From Camelus ferus (taxonomy: Eukaryota): 64,000 nt of DNA. Of the stretch, positions 51,773 to 64,000 are shown in pieces. The notes below the pieces were generated by a model. The model ran no database searches. It was not told the origin of the DNA and saw only the letters and a program-made list of their open reading frames with translations. The stretch lies in assembly GCF_009834535.1 (NCBI RefSeq), contig NC_045697.1:91886001-91950000 (forward strand), read 5' to 3'. The number at the start of each line of letters is the position of its first letter. The first letter of the stretch is position 1. Both the position numbers and the translations under genes were made by a program.

Positions 51773-54529
51773 CTCCTTGGTTAGATGTATTCCCAGATAT
51801 TTTATTACTTAGGGTGCTATTTTAAAGGGGATTGTTTCTTTACTTTCTTTTTCTGTTGATTCATCGTTAGTGTAAAGAAATGCGACTGATTTTTGTGGGA
51901 TGACCTTTTCCCTTAGTCATCCTAGGGGCTGTATGCAGACTGTGTATGCAGGTTTTGTTTCTTTCCCTTTCCAAAACTGAAGTGTTTGCACATAGAGTCT
52001 ACCTAGGATTATTATTGAATGGCTAAGGCTTGGACTTAATAACGGACTGCTGGTAATAAGTAAAGTAGAAACCCTTTAGCTTCTCATCACTCTTAATTAT
52101 CATTTTTGAGTAAAAAGGTGAAATGAGTTTTAACTTCCCTTCCAAAAAATATGGATTCTTTTTTTGAGAAGTGCAGTAATATAACTACTAATTGGCTTCC
52201 TTAAATCCATAACATCAGGTGATGTCTATCAACTCCCAGCTCTAAATATTTCAAGAGCCTGTGACTATAAATACTAGCCTAAAATTTTTTTAATAATAGT
52301 CCTATTACTATCTATTAACAATATAATTTAGAAAGTATTATTTTATATGTTATCCCCATGTTTATGTCTATTTATTGCAAGCAGATAGATAGACAAGGTA
52401 GGCCATATTAATTGATCAGAAGAAGAAAAATTCTTACATGCAGATAAAATGAGAGGAATGAAGTAGTATCAGCTATACTAATTAAATTAACACAAATGAG
52501 TATAAATAAAAGCATGAAATAATAAAGAATATTTCTTCTGACATAGCAGTATAGTCAAAGAGACTCTGGGAAGAGTGGTATCAGCCTCATTAAAAATAAA
52601 ACCAGAAAATAGTTTCAGTCACCCATGGGAGAATAAGAAATATATAAAGCCAGCTGCATAGAAAACTTAAAAGCAGAAACTGATGAATAGAGAGGGCAAT
52701 CAATGAAAAACTTGTATTGAGCAGGTTGTTCACATGTCTGTAATGAGTCAGAATAACAAAAATGTTTATATTCAGTACTAATGAGAATATGGTGATAGCG
52801 GAAGATGACCTGAAATAGAAAATAGTGGAGAGAAAAATGAGGAGAATACACATGAACCTTCATGTTTTATTTTATTGAAAAGATGATTTTAAATGAAATA
52901 TTAGTAAAACTAAAAGGGAAATGACTGAAAAGTATCGGTATTGCAGAATGGTAAAATTACAAGGTTATTTTAATGAGAATGAAATTCTAGGGAAAAGTGT
53001 ATGACATTAACACATTACACACTGATTCATCATTATTAGCTCTGATATGGTAAACACCACCATGAAAAATTATGATTCATGCATTATCTTAAGGCTTTGG
53101 GGAAAGGATCTTATTTGTCCATCAAATATGTAATGTGGATCAGTATATAACTGTTGCCAGTAAAAGAAAATTTAGGGTCAGTTGTAACAAATAAGTTTAC
53201 CGTTGACCTTTAATGCACTGTTTTCCTTAGCTTATTCAAGAAACTCCACAGACTGCACACTTGAATAGAAAGAGGAATTTATTCTTTTATCAAGAAGTAT
53301 TAAAATATTTAGTGCTTTAAGGTTAGAGCCAGGGCCAAAATTAATGAACAATTTGCAAGTTTAGCAGTTGTAGCAAAGATTCAAATTTCTTTTCAAAAGA
53401 TAGGATTGAAATGATCAATGCCTATGAATAATTAACTTTTATACAGCAGAATAATTGCCAGAACTCTCATATATTTGGGAAATAACTATTCCCAACTTTG
53501 ACAAAGTGACATATACATAATTGGTCATGCATTGCAATTCACTTCTCCAAGGGTTTATCTACAGGGGAGATTGTAAAAGCTTCTCTCTTCCCTGTCAAAT
53601 GCATTATAGAGTTATACTAGCTTGATCATAATTGGTCCAGCAATGACTTTTTATTTTAATTTCTTTAGTTTTTACTTTAAGTTTCATCAACTCTGAGAAG
53701 GATGCTTTTCTGCGCAGATAGAGATGAAATCTGTGGGGCAAAAGCTCCCGAGACTTTATGAAACAGGAGGCCTTCGTGCTTTCTACTAGTTGCTTAGTTG
53801 CTATCAGTGAAGGAATAAAAGGGCACTTCCTCTTCTAGAATTGGGCCATAGTCCTGAAGTGTGGAAATTTTAGAACGTAAAATTCTGGTGTCCAGCATCT
53901 CTCAGTTAATTTCACCACAGTGTATATGTATCCTGTCTAACAAATTTTTAACTATCACAGACATGCACATATTCAGTACTCAGAGATATGTAAGAAATAT
54001 GACCACAAAATAGTTAAAAGAGGTAAGCGCATAAATGAAAAAGGCAAATCATAACAACATGCTCTTACCAAACTCCTCTGAAAGTTTTAGCAATATTTTA
54101 TCGAAACTATCTGTGAAAAAGTGAAAATCTAATACTTTCCTCTCTGGTGGTATTGGAATAGTTAATAAGTGATGACACTGCAAATCAACGGCAGAAGCTG
54201 AATTAGAAAAAAGCCACTCATTCATATGCTTTGGATATAAGCAGAACAAAGATAATGAAAAATAGTCTATTCTTTCATAACTCTGTAGTACATTCCTAAG
54301 AAAGTACACATTATCAAAGTAGTAATAGAAATTTTAATGAGAAAAAAGGATTATGAACTGAAGAATTGAAGTACAATTGTTTAGCTTTTAAGAATTAACT
54401 AAGTAGAGTACTTTTTGTGGTCCTAAGTGTATTTTGTTGTCATAATTTACAATTAGCATTCTGGTTGATCAATACTGACAAAAAAAGTAACCTAAACACC
54501 ACTAAGAAAATCCTGAAAATAACCCTAAT

Positions 54530-55312
54530 AAGATATTTGCTAGAAAGTAATGGGCACTTCATTTCATAACAATGAGGATGGGTACAATTGAAAAAAAAAA
54601 AAAACAAAAAACCAAGCCCCCAAACCCAGCAAACAGGTATTAGTGAGGATGTGGAGAGGTTAGAACACTTGTGCACTGTTGGTGGGAATTAAAACTGGTG
54701 CAGCCATTATGGAAGACAGTATGGCAATTCCTCAAAAGAAGAATTAAAATAGAATTACCATACGATCCAGCTTATCCACTTCTGGGTATGTCCCAAAAGA
54801 ATTGAAAGCAGGGACTTGGAAGGATATTTGTACAACCATTTTCACAGTAGCATTATTCATGAGAGCCAAAAAGTAGAAGCAACCTAAGTGTCCTTTGTCA
54901 GAGGAATGAAAAAGCTAAATGTAGCTTGTACATACAAATAAATGTGATTCAGCCTTAAAAAGGAAGGAAATTCTGACCCATGCTACAACATGGATAAATC
55001 TCAAGAATATTATGCTAAGTTAAATAAGTTAGTCACTAAAGAACAAATACTATGTGATTCCACTTATGTAAGGTACCTAGTATAGTCAAATTCATAGAGA
55101 CTAAATAGAATGGTGGTTTCCATGGGCTGAAGGAGGGAGGAATGGGGTGTTTTTTTAATGGGTATAGAGTTTCAGTTTTTCAAGGTGAAAAGAGTTCTGG
55201 AGATTGATTGTACAACAGTGTGAGTGTGATTAATGCTACTGAGTTGTGCACTTAACATTGGTTAAGATGGTAAATTTTTTGTTAAGTGTATTAACAACAA
55301 TTTAAAATTTTA
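54530..55312 (+). mobile_element. L1MB-type 3' end (ORF2 end and 3' UTR)
   Basis: GAGGATGTGGAGAGGTTAGAACACTTGTGCACTGTTGGTGGGAAT, GAAATTCTGACCCATGCTACAACATGGAT, ATGGGTATAGAGTTTCAGTTTT. Confidence 0.9.
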
Positions 55313-58300
55313 AAAAGTGTAATGGGTTTTTACAGTTACCACTAGCACAGGCATAAATACACCATTACATAAATGCATTGTTATTACTGTTACAGCACAG
55401 TCAACACTCACCAAAGACAGACAAAAAGCATGCATTTACAGTTTGATCACTCAGCCTCTTAAAGTGGTTGTGTGTCACTAAGCCAGACTCCTGTTTGGTT
55501 TACCGATGTTCTCAATTATCAAGTAATGACTAACAAGCAGTCTCTGTAAAATAAATTCCAGTTCAGAATTAATCTATTTTATTAGGGGCAATTTGTATTA
55601 TAAAGACTTACGCTATAGGAGAAATAGTTTTGCTGAAGTAATTTTGTATTTGGGTTTTCATTTCAATGCTGATTAAAATGTTTATATAAGAATATTCTGA
55701 GTTCAGTCCCAGCATTTGCTTTCATGTTTATGATTACATTGGGACCCCGTGGTGACCTGAAGTGACAGCATTTTTACTTTTATATATTAAAGGACATTAT
55801 TGGCTGTCACTAGTTGATATATCCCAGAGTTAAAAAGCTAATACATATTTGACATCTATTGTATTCATATGGAATTATTTTAACAAGTTCCTTGAAAACC
55901 TTACTTTTTGGCAATAATTTACAATGGGCAGTCATCTTCATAGACTATGGCTTTATTTTAAAGTTATTCATTCAATTCATACTTTGATTTAATACCACAA
56001 AAATAGCATAGCATAACAGAGTAATTGTAACAGGCTAATGAGGAAAGAAGAAAGGCAAATTTGATAAGAACGATGCATTTGAGCCAGAGGAAGTCCAAAG
56101 AGCTCCAGGAAGAATTTTATAAAAGAAGTAACTAGAGAAGTATTAGTTTTGTTGGGCTTAGAAGACCTGGGCTTTAGTGTTTAGTACCATATTTTGCATT
56201 GCATGAATTCCGTCTTTGTGGGTACTAATGTGTGTAATTGTTCATTATCGGTAAGTGTAATAGTACTTTCCTAGTACTTTTTGAGATAATATTTTAAACA
56301 TTTTTTCAGAATTTTCATGGTGCACATTTTGGTGTACATTGTCAGACTGATTCATCAGGATATTGAATTAGCATATAAAAGAAGCTCTTCGTTTAATTTC
56401 AGCCAAATAATGTTGTCCAAAGTATTAAACTACTACTATTAATTTAAATTTTACTAGATACATTATTGTGTTTGTATTTGACTTTCGGGTCTTTAATCTA
56501 TGAACTATTAACACTAGAAAAAATATTGCTGGCTTTATGTTTATATTCATTTAAGAAACATTATCATAAAAATAACAAATTTATACTGGAAACCTGCCAG
56601 GATTTCTTTAAAGAGTGTATGCATTTGTACATGAACAAGGATATAATGGAATAACCTAATGCTTAATATTAGGGAATCACAGTGAATTGATTCATCTAGA
56701 GTCATATTGCATGATTCTTAGGAGAAAGACTAAGGAAGTTATAACAATATGAAAATGGATATGTAACTATATACATAGGAAAGACTACTAGGATTAAAAC
56801 CAGTCAGTATACGATTAGAAGATTCATCTATGGTGAAATGCGGAAGTATTTGATAAAGGACTTGTTTGCATTTAGAAGTGACATTCTAAGAGAATCAATA
56901 GTACACTCATTTTTTTTAAATTTTGCATTTAAATGACTTTGGACAAAAGTTTCTTTCAACCTATCAGCCATTTAAAAAGCCTTGGAATAAGCTTAAATAT
57001 TTTGAACAGATCTAAATTATGAAATAGGTCTTCAGATTTTGCAGCCAGAAATAAAAAATTGAGGCCAAAGGGTAAAGGACAATATGGCTTAGGCTTTAAA
57101 TGGAAAGAGAACAGAGACAAAGAGAAAATGATCTGGCATTATGTGCTCACATCAATGGCAGTAATTAAGCTTTGCAGTATCATTAGATATGATAACAATA
57201 ATTTATAGCCTTTCATGGTATTTCACATGCTAGGCATACAGAAGCATACGATAGCAAGACCCTTAATATTTCTCATTGTTATTTTTTTCTAAGGAAATAA
57301 TGCCATTCAGTTGTCATGAATTGGGGAGATACACAACACAAATTTGGATCTTTCTCGTCAAAGGAGAAAAGATGGAATGTCATGCCTTTTAACCATCTGC
57401 AAAATATATGGCAGTAGTAAAATGCTAACAAGATATTAAGGTGAATATTTCTAAGAGTATAGTATTTAAATTTATAAAAGTTAATTTGGCATTATATTAA
57501 ACACTGAATTAATGTTCCCATCAGCCTAACAACTTAACTATGACATATTATACTGTAGTGTTTAATTGAACCAAGATATTCCAGGTTTTGATTGTGGGAA
57601 ATCAGTCATTAATCAGTTCAAATTTTCTAATGCTGTAGTTAGTGTAGAGGAAAACCCCTGCATGGGTACTTTGGAAATGCAGTCTCAGTGACAGGAAATG
57701 AGAAATGTCTTTAAGAGTTAAATATTGAATTTAAATGACTGTGATGGTCAGCCTTAATGGATAACTGTGTTTATTTTCTCTCTTGAACATTAAATTAAAT
57801 CAAAGATCCAGATTTTTATTTGGTTATCAAGGCATATTTACAGAGGACATTATAATAATTAAATTAAATTTTTTCCCTTGATTTTTGAGCTGAGTCTTCA
57901 CTTCAAGTGCCCCAGTTGATTATAGTGAAAAGGCAATTGCAATTTCAAACTTGAATTTTGAATTCAAATGTTCAACATAAACAGATCCTTTAGTATAGTG
58001 CTATGCAATTTTGAAAACCCATCAGACACAAGTTTTTGAGGAATTGGTTTAGAGAGAGTTGACCTACTTATTTCAAGGGACATAACACAAGAGTGCAAGG
58101 TCTTACACTGTTTTTTTGATAGGATTGTAATATATTGTAAAAGTTACAAAAACTAATGTAGCTAATTTTATCTTCCTTAACAGGTAGCTTAGTGCAACCT
58201 GCCCTTGGGTTATGCTCATGTGACATTTTTGTTTTCTGTTTTCTGGTTATACTTGTAATTTAGGTAATCTCTTGAAGTTTAAGCCAGAAAGCTAGAACAG

Positions 58301-58929
58301 AAGCAAGAGCTGCTCTATGTCATCCAGTTCTTATAATAATAACATAAACATGACTTTTAGCCACATTTCAAGGTTCCTTTCTACTTAAATTGGTAACTTT
58401 TAAAAAATTATATTGATCACATCTCTAAAAACTGGTATGTAAGTGCTATAAAATCCCCTTTCCCCAGTTGCTGAGTTGACAATTAGACTCTTTTCAAAGT
58501 AAAGCTTTAACTTCAAAGAAGTTATTCACAAATGGGTCTAGTATGCCCAGTAGAGGCTTTTAAATGAGGGATGTAATCCCAAGAGCAGTGAGTACACCTG
58601 CTAAATAAGGAGATAGACTGTAAATGTAAAACAAAAATCAGAAATTCGTTTACCCAGTCTACCTTCCAGACTTGGCAAAATCAAATTCTTACTCCCCAAA
58701 TGGCTTTTACTTTGCTCAACAGACATATTTAATTCTCACTTCTGATGCTATGCAATCTGATAATGCATTTCAGCTAATTCTTGACATCTCAAAGACTGAG
58801 TGTATAAGATGAATATTATTCATGACTTCTTTTGTCTTGTTGCCAGTTAAACCTTTTAATATTTGGTCATTGAAGTGTAATTCTTCAGTGACCAAATGTA
58901 GTCCTGGGAGTGTTGATACTAATCTGAAT

Positions 58930-59560
58930 TCCAGTAATGGCTGCCATGATGAATAGACTAAATAGAGATATTTGGGAGGAGATTTAGTAGGATTTGGAGA
59001 CTGGATATGGGAGGTAAGGTAGATGCCAGTTTTTCAGCCCTAAGGAAGAACAATGCCATTTAGTGAGATGGAGGACATAGGAAAACAATAGAGAATAGAA
59101 TAGCGGTAGTGGGAGGAGGAGGAGGAGGAATTAAAATTTAGCCTGTTGGGTTTGAGGTGCCTCTGCTACATTCAAGTGGAAGTTTCATATGCATATGATA
59201 CACAGACTTTGATTTTAAGAAAGGGGTCTTGGCTGGAAGAATAGATTTCAGATTGATGAGTATAGAAAGGAGCAGAGTTTCCAAATGTGGGAGAGATTGA
59301 CCAAGTACAGTGTGTAGTTGGCAAAAGTGAAATTTCAAAGAATAGCACCTTTAAAATAATGGGTAGAGGAAGAACAGTATCACAAAGGAACTGAGGAGAA
59401 ACAGCCTGAGTTCCTGGCCACAGGGTTAATATTTTCCAAATTCAAAGCCCTTCATAGTCAGCTGCATCTTAGCTTTCTGGATTTATTTCTGAAAACTTTA
59501 CTGTTCACTGTTCACTCCAGTAGGATAAACTGTTTGTTGTTTCCTTCACATGACATACAC
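58930..59560. mobile_element. L2 fragments in both orientations
   Basis: TTGGGTTTGAGGTGCCT...CAAGTGGAAG (antisense) and TTCAAAGCCCTTCATAGTC (sense). Confidence 0.55.
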
Positions 59561-59972
59561 TTTTTTTTTTAATTGTGGTAAAATTTCAAACCAACACGTA
59601 ACATGAGATCTAATTAATTTAACTTCTTATATATACTACTGTGTTGTTAGCTATGTGAACATTGTTGTTAGCAGGTCTCTGGAACTTTTCCAACTTGCAT
59701 GACTAACATTCTATATACACAGAACAGTGACTCTCCCATCCCACCCTCCACCCCAACCCTCCCACCCCTGGCAACCACCAGTAGTATAATTTCTGTTTCT
59801 AAGATTTTGACTATTTCAGGTACTTTCAGAAGTGGAATCATGCAGCATTTCAGCAGTATTTTGTAGTGTACAAACTTTTGCTTCCTTGGTTATGTTTATT
59901 CCTAATTATTTATTATTTTTGATGCTACTGTCAGTGAGGTTGCTTGCTTAATTATTTTTCAGGTTGTTTATT
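59561..59972 (-). mobile_element. L1 (L1MA/MB-like) 3' end fused to an ORF2 piece by internal deletion
   Basis: Poly-T and 3' UTR (CCCCTGGCAACCACC, AAGTGGAATCATGCAG), then ORF2-derived TCCTTGGTTATGTTTATTCCTAATTATTTTATT. Confidence 0.75.
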
Positions 59973-60437
59973 AAGGCCTCACCAAGTACTATTTTTGCCT
60001 TACTAAAGGAAGAGATTCCACAGTTTAATGACTCAATAAAGGCTTTACTTTCAAGATATTAAACCATAGATGAAACATGAAGGATATAGGCACTTTTCAT
60101 AGAGATGAAAGCAATATAGATTGCTTTGACATTATTATTAAATTACCTTTATTTACCTTTAAAAACATCACAAAGTTTCACAGTTTGATTGAATCACATA
60201 GGCCTCTCAGAGACCACAAATTGTCTCAAGGAAGAGGCTCATGTCTCAGGAAAAAGGCTCAGTGTGTTTATGACTGAATTTTCATAATTGGGTAAATTTG
60301 GTTTACACCAATGAGAGTGAGGAGACCATGAGAGAAAAAGAAAAGCAAGAGAGAGAGAAAGAGAGAACAGAGAGAAAAAGTAAAGGAGGTATATGATAGT
60401 AAATATTTTCCTAGCTAGAATTTTATGACTTTGAGGG

Positions 60438-61030
60438 GATTATAAGAGACTACTTATAAGAGACTACAAATTGGATAACCTAGAAGAAGTGTATAAATTC
60501 CTGGAAACATAAATCTATCAAGCTCAAATCATGAAGAAATAGAAAATCTGAAAGACCTATAATTAGGTAAGGAGATTGAATAAGTAATCAGAAAAACTCC
60601 CAACAAAGAAAAGTCCAGGGACAGATGACTTTACTGGAGAATTCTACCAAAACATTTAAAGAAGAATAAATGCAAGTCCTTCTCCAACTCTTCTGAAAAA
60701 TCGAAGAACAGAAAACACTTTCAAACTCACTTTATGAGGCAAGCATTACCCTAATAGCAAAGCCAGAAAAAGACCCTACAGAAAAGAAAGCTATAGGCCA
60801 ATAACCTGATGAATATTGTTGCAGAAATTCTCAACAAAATGCTACCAGACTGAATTCAACGGCATATTAAAACAATCATATATTATGACCAAGTGGGATT
60901 TATCCCTGGGATGCAAGATTGGTTCAATATCGATCAGAGTGATACAATATATTAATAGACCAAAGGATAAAAACCACATGACCTGTCTTTAATAGATGTT
61001 AGAAAAACATTTGACAAAATTCAACATATT
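60438..61030 (+). mobile_element. Internal L1 ORF2 fragment (Z domain to early RT)
   Basis: Degenerate KLDNLEE..., [46 protein letters not shown]. Confidence 0.88.
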
Positions 61031-63589
61031 TAATGTTTTAATATTCAACTTTAAATGTTTAAAAATAAGTTTTTCAGAATACCTGAGTTTGACAAATTTA
61101 TAACAATTATCTCATTGTCAATTCTTGACCGCCTGAGAACTAACTCTCTGGGGGCCCAGGCCTTTGCAGTATCTTCACTTGTAAAATAGAAACAATATCT
61201 GCCTCATGATGTTGCTGTGGCTATCAGAAAAGATAGTACGTGCAAAGATGTACCTTGGCATGTAACCAGGGCTCAAAATACGGTAGATAAGAGTAGTGAT
61301 GATTGTTTGCTCCTCTTTGTAATCTTAGGACTTCAAAGATTCGCAATAAATTTATGGATTTGAATGGAAGAAAGTTGAAATATGATAGGTAATCAGTCAT
61401 AGTAATCCACTCACTATCAGAAACACAAGGGAAGTTTCAGTATAACCTGGATACAGGAGGTATTATTTTTTAAGGCTCTTAGTTAACTACCTAAAGACTT
61501 ATAAATTTTTCTCCACTGACTTTCGCAAGTTGGTGAAGTTTTTCATTTTTCAGGCAACTACCTCTTCAATAAGCTGCAAGCATAAGATTAAAATTAGTGC
61601 TACTGAAAAAATAGGTACAAGGTGACGACAGATAGCTGCATACTCAGAAAGTCAGTGTTCCTGTCTGAAGTCATCTTCCAAGGGAGTAAAAAGGAAACCA
61701 TTTAGATATTTCTGTAACATTATTTTCCTTCCATCCTGACTTGTATTATTTTTAGATCTTTTACATAAGGATAAATTCATAGTTAATAAAAGTGAGGAAA
61801 AAAATGAAAGAAAAAGAAAATGTTTAGGAAGCACCAGAGAATTTCAAGTATGTTTGTTTTCAATTCCATGTAATCCAGAGTATGTAATGTTTCTTAAATG
61901 TGTATTTTTCTCCATTGTTGCTAGTGAGGATTCTCAGCATTCCTCAGGCTGTATGAATTAGCACGCAGTCATGGTGGGCTGATTCTTCCTTAGGTTATGT
62001 GTGTGCTTGCAGTGCTGACTATTTAAGTTGAAAAATTATGTTTCCAAAACATGCAAGGCAGTTTAACAGAAAAGAAAAACTTAGAAAAGATTTACCACCA
62101 ATTTAGACTCCAAGTGTATCTTGGGAAAAAAAAATGTCTGTTAGACCAAATTTTTATTGGACATGAGAGCTGATGAACTTACGTCTGTAGCTAGGATGTT
62201 AAAATTAGAAAAATTGAAGCCAATTTGCTTTGATGTCTTTGAAGGGATAAATCTGATAAAAGCCTTTTAGCAAAGAATATTCTTTGACAAAGAGCATTTA
62301 GCTTGTGCAGTTTTATAATTACTGGTGAAAATTAGGAGAAAAGGAAGACAGTAGTATACTGATCAGACTTTATTCTGGCTCTGTGGTCCCCAGACTCTCC
62401 TGGATGAGATTGCTTATGAAAACTTACATTCGCCCTGGTGAATCTGCTATTACAGCAACTGAACACAAGCCTCAGGCACTCTGTTAACTAAACTGAAGAA
62501 ATGCCACTGTAATTCCAACTGTAATCACTGGAATATGGAGCAAAATGAACTGCGGCTGATTCAAGATGAGCCATAAGAAAAAGCAATTTATGCAGAGCTA
62601 GAGGCCTGCTGTGGTTTTGTGTGTTTGCATGTTCACACGTATAGTGGAGGAGGCTATCTCTAGTCCCATCTCATGAAAATAGAATGAGGTTCTGAAATCA
62701 GGGTCTGTCAGCCACATCCCTGTCCAACACAAACCAACAAGTCAGCCTCAGGACCAGCTTGCTAAGTGATTTTATGCTTTCGTTTGTTCTTTTTGTTTTT
62801 AACCACAAAGAATATGCATTATTCTAAAAAAGAAGATATGGAGAGGTGGTTTTACCTATTATGCTGATACCCTTTATATACCTGACAACCAGTTTTGCCT
62901 AGCAAGTCACTTATGCATTTAGTAAAAGCTTGGCATTTGGAAAGATCCTCCTCCTATTTACTTAATATTTTTGTGCTATTCTTTCTCCTCACTGGACAAA
63001 CACACACCTGTAATGACCTCCAAGCTTAAATATATATGTTGGGAAAGTGGAGAAAGGGTATACTCGAGGGATTATAAGTATTGCTAGCCTAGAAGTTCAT
63101 AAAACTCTTGATATTTGACATTGTTTATAAATAGATAAGAGAATGTGGCAATAGCATGGAAGAGTGCTGGTTGTGAACAGCAAGCATATCTATTATCAAA
63201 TCATTTAAAAAGCTATGTCAGGTTTGAGATCCTCTCTGTGACCTTTCCATAGTCTGTGATGTTCACTTGGATTCTTCTTAGAATTCATTTGAAATTTAGC
63301 AACTTGGCCCAAGTGCCTCTGCCTCTGATGAATGAAGAATGTAGTGATGACAATACAGAAAATTCTTAAAAACTCTGTGAAATGGAAAGTTTCTCCCACT
63401 ATATGATCTTTAAAAAATCAAATAGGATTAATGTCATCTTGCTTAAATGCTTCAATTCTCTTTAAATAAACTTCAAATTCTTTACTATATCCTACAAAAT
63501 CAGATGCTTGCTCTGGTCATTAACCTCACCTTCTCTGGATTTACTTCTCACATGTTATCTTTCAGAGGCAAGGCCTTTGCATTAATCAT

Positions 63590-64000
63590 CTTGTACTGTC
63601 AAGACAAAATACCATAGTCTGGGTAACTTAAACAACAGGCATATGTTTTCCTTACAGGTCTGGAGACTGAAGGTATGAGATCAGGATGACCCACATGCTC
63701 AGGTTTTGGTGAAAGCTCTCTTCCTGGCTTGCAGATGGCCACCCGGAGGAAAAAACAGATCTTTTTTTTTTTTCCTCTTTTTATAAGGCCACAGTCTTAC
63801 AGGACTAAGGCCCCACTCTTATGAACTAATTTAATCTGAATTACTTCCCAGAGACCCTATATCCAGATACAATCACATTGGGGGTTAGGGCTTCAAAATA
63901 TGAATCATAGAGGGATACAGTTCCATCCATAGCATTCCACACTGGCCCCCCCCAAATCCATGTCCTTATCACATGCAACATGTATCCATTCCATCCCAAC
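63590..64000 (-). mobile_element. MLT1A-type MaLR LTR (~63590-63934) plus adjacent MLT internal sequence, running off the window end
   Basis: CAAAATACCATAGTCTGGGTAACTTAAACAACAG, TTCCTGGCTTGCAGATGGCC, ATCACATTGGGGGTTAGGGCTTCAA...CCATAGCA, then TTCCACACTGGCCCCCCCAAATCCATGTCCTTATCACATGCAA. Confidence 0.88.

Larger units (their letters stand above)
49905..51891 (-). mobile_element. Young 5'-truncated LINE-1 (camelid-like), about 2 kb
   Basis: ORF2 C-terminal region, 3' UTR and A-rich tail; flanked by TTTGTGGGAT at 49895-49904 and 51892-51901 (probable TSD). Confidence 0.95.

Noticed and set aside
59561..61030. Head-to-head L1 pieces as one twin-primed inverted insertion
   Set aside because: They are separated by ~460 bp of non-L1 sequence and I saw no shared TSD, so independent fragments are more likely.
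1..64000. CRISPR arrays, prokaryotic systems, tRNA/rRNA/snRNA genes, non-retroviral endogenous viral elements
   Set aside because: The DNA is mammalian and repeat-rich. I saw no spaced direct-repeat array, RNA-gene signature or viral ORF. A highly decayed viral element cannot be excluded without tBLASTn or HMM searches.

Overview
AT-rich, CpG-depleted placental-mammal genomic DNA, intergenic or deep intronic. The young L1 3' ends (TTTATTGATTTATAATCATTTTACAATGTTGTGTCAAATT) resemble, from memory, the camelid (alpaca/camel) L1 family, and I saw no Alu, B1, Bov-A or PRE-1 SINEs. I could not identify any cellular protein-coding gene, RNA gene or CRISPR array. The only long ORF (50145-51383, minus) is the C-terminal part of a disrupted LINE-1 ORF2. 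Much of the window is layered transposon fossils: a two-LTR ERVL provirus with an intact 5-bp target-site duplication (TSD) at 42592-48440, a second partial ERVL (1-3311), a solo ERV1-type LTR with a 4-bp TSD, an MLT1A LTR plus internal sequence, L1 pieces of several ages, L2/MIR, and hAT and Tc1/mariner elements (MER53, MER94, MER33, MER58, MER44/Tigger7, MER20, MER96, MADE2). The most notable observations are a TSD-flanked L1 ORF2 fragment with no poly(A) that looks internally primed, nested insertions that give a relative chronology, two hairpins in apparently non-repeat DNA (one with an AP-1 site at its loop), small CpG-retaining motif clusters, and weak candidate exons of a minus-strand spliced transcript. 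I found no evidence for a major new biological system. Repeat family names come from recalled consensus sequences and need RepeatMasker/Dfam confirmation.
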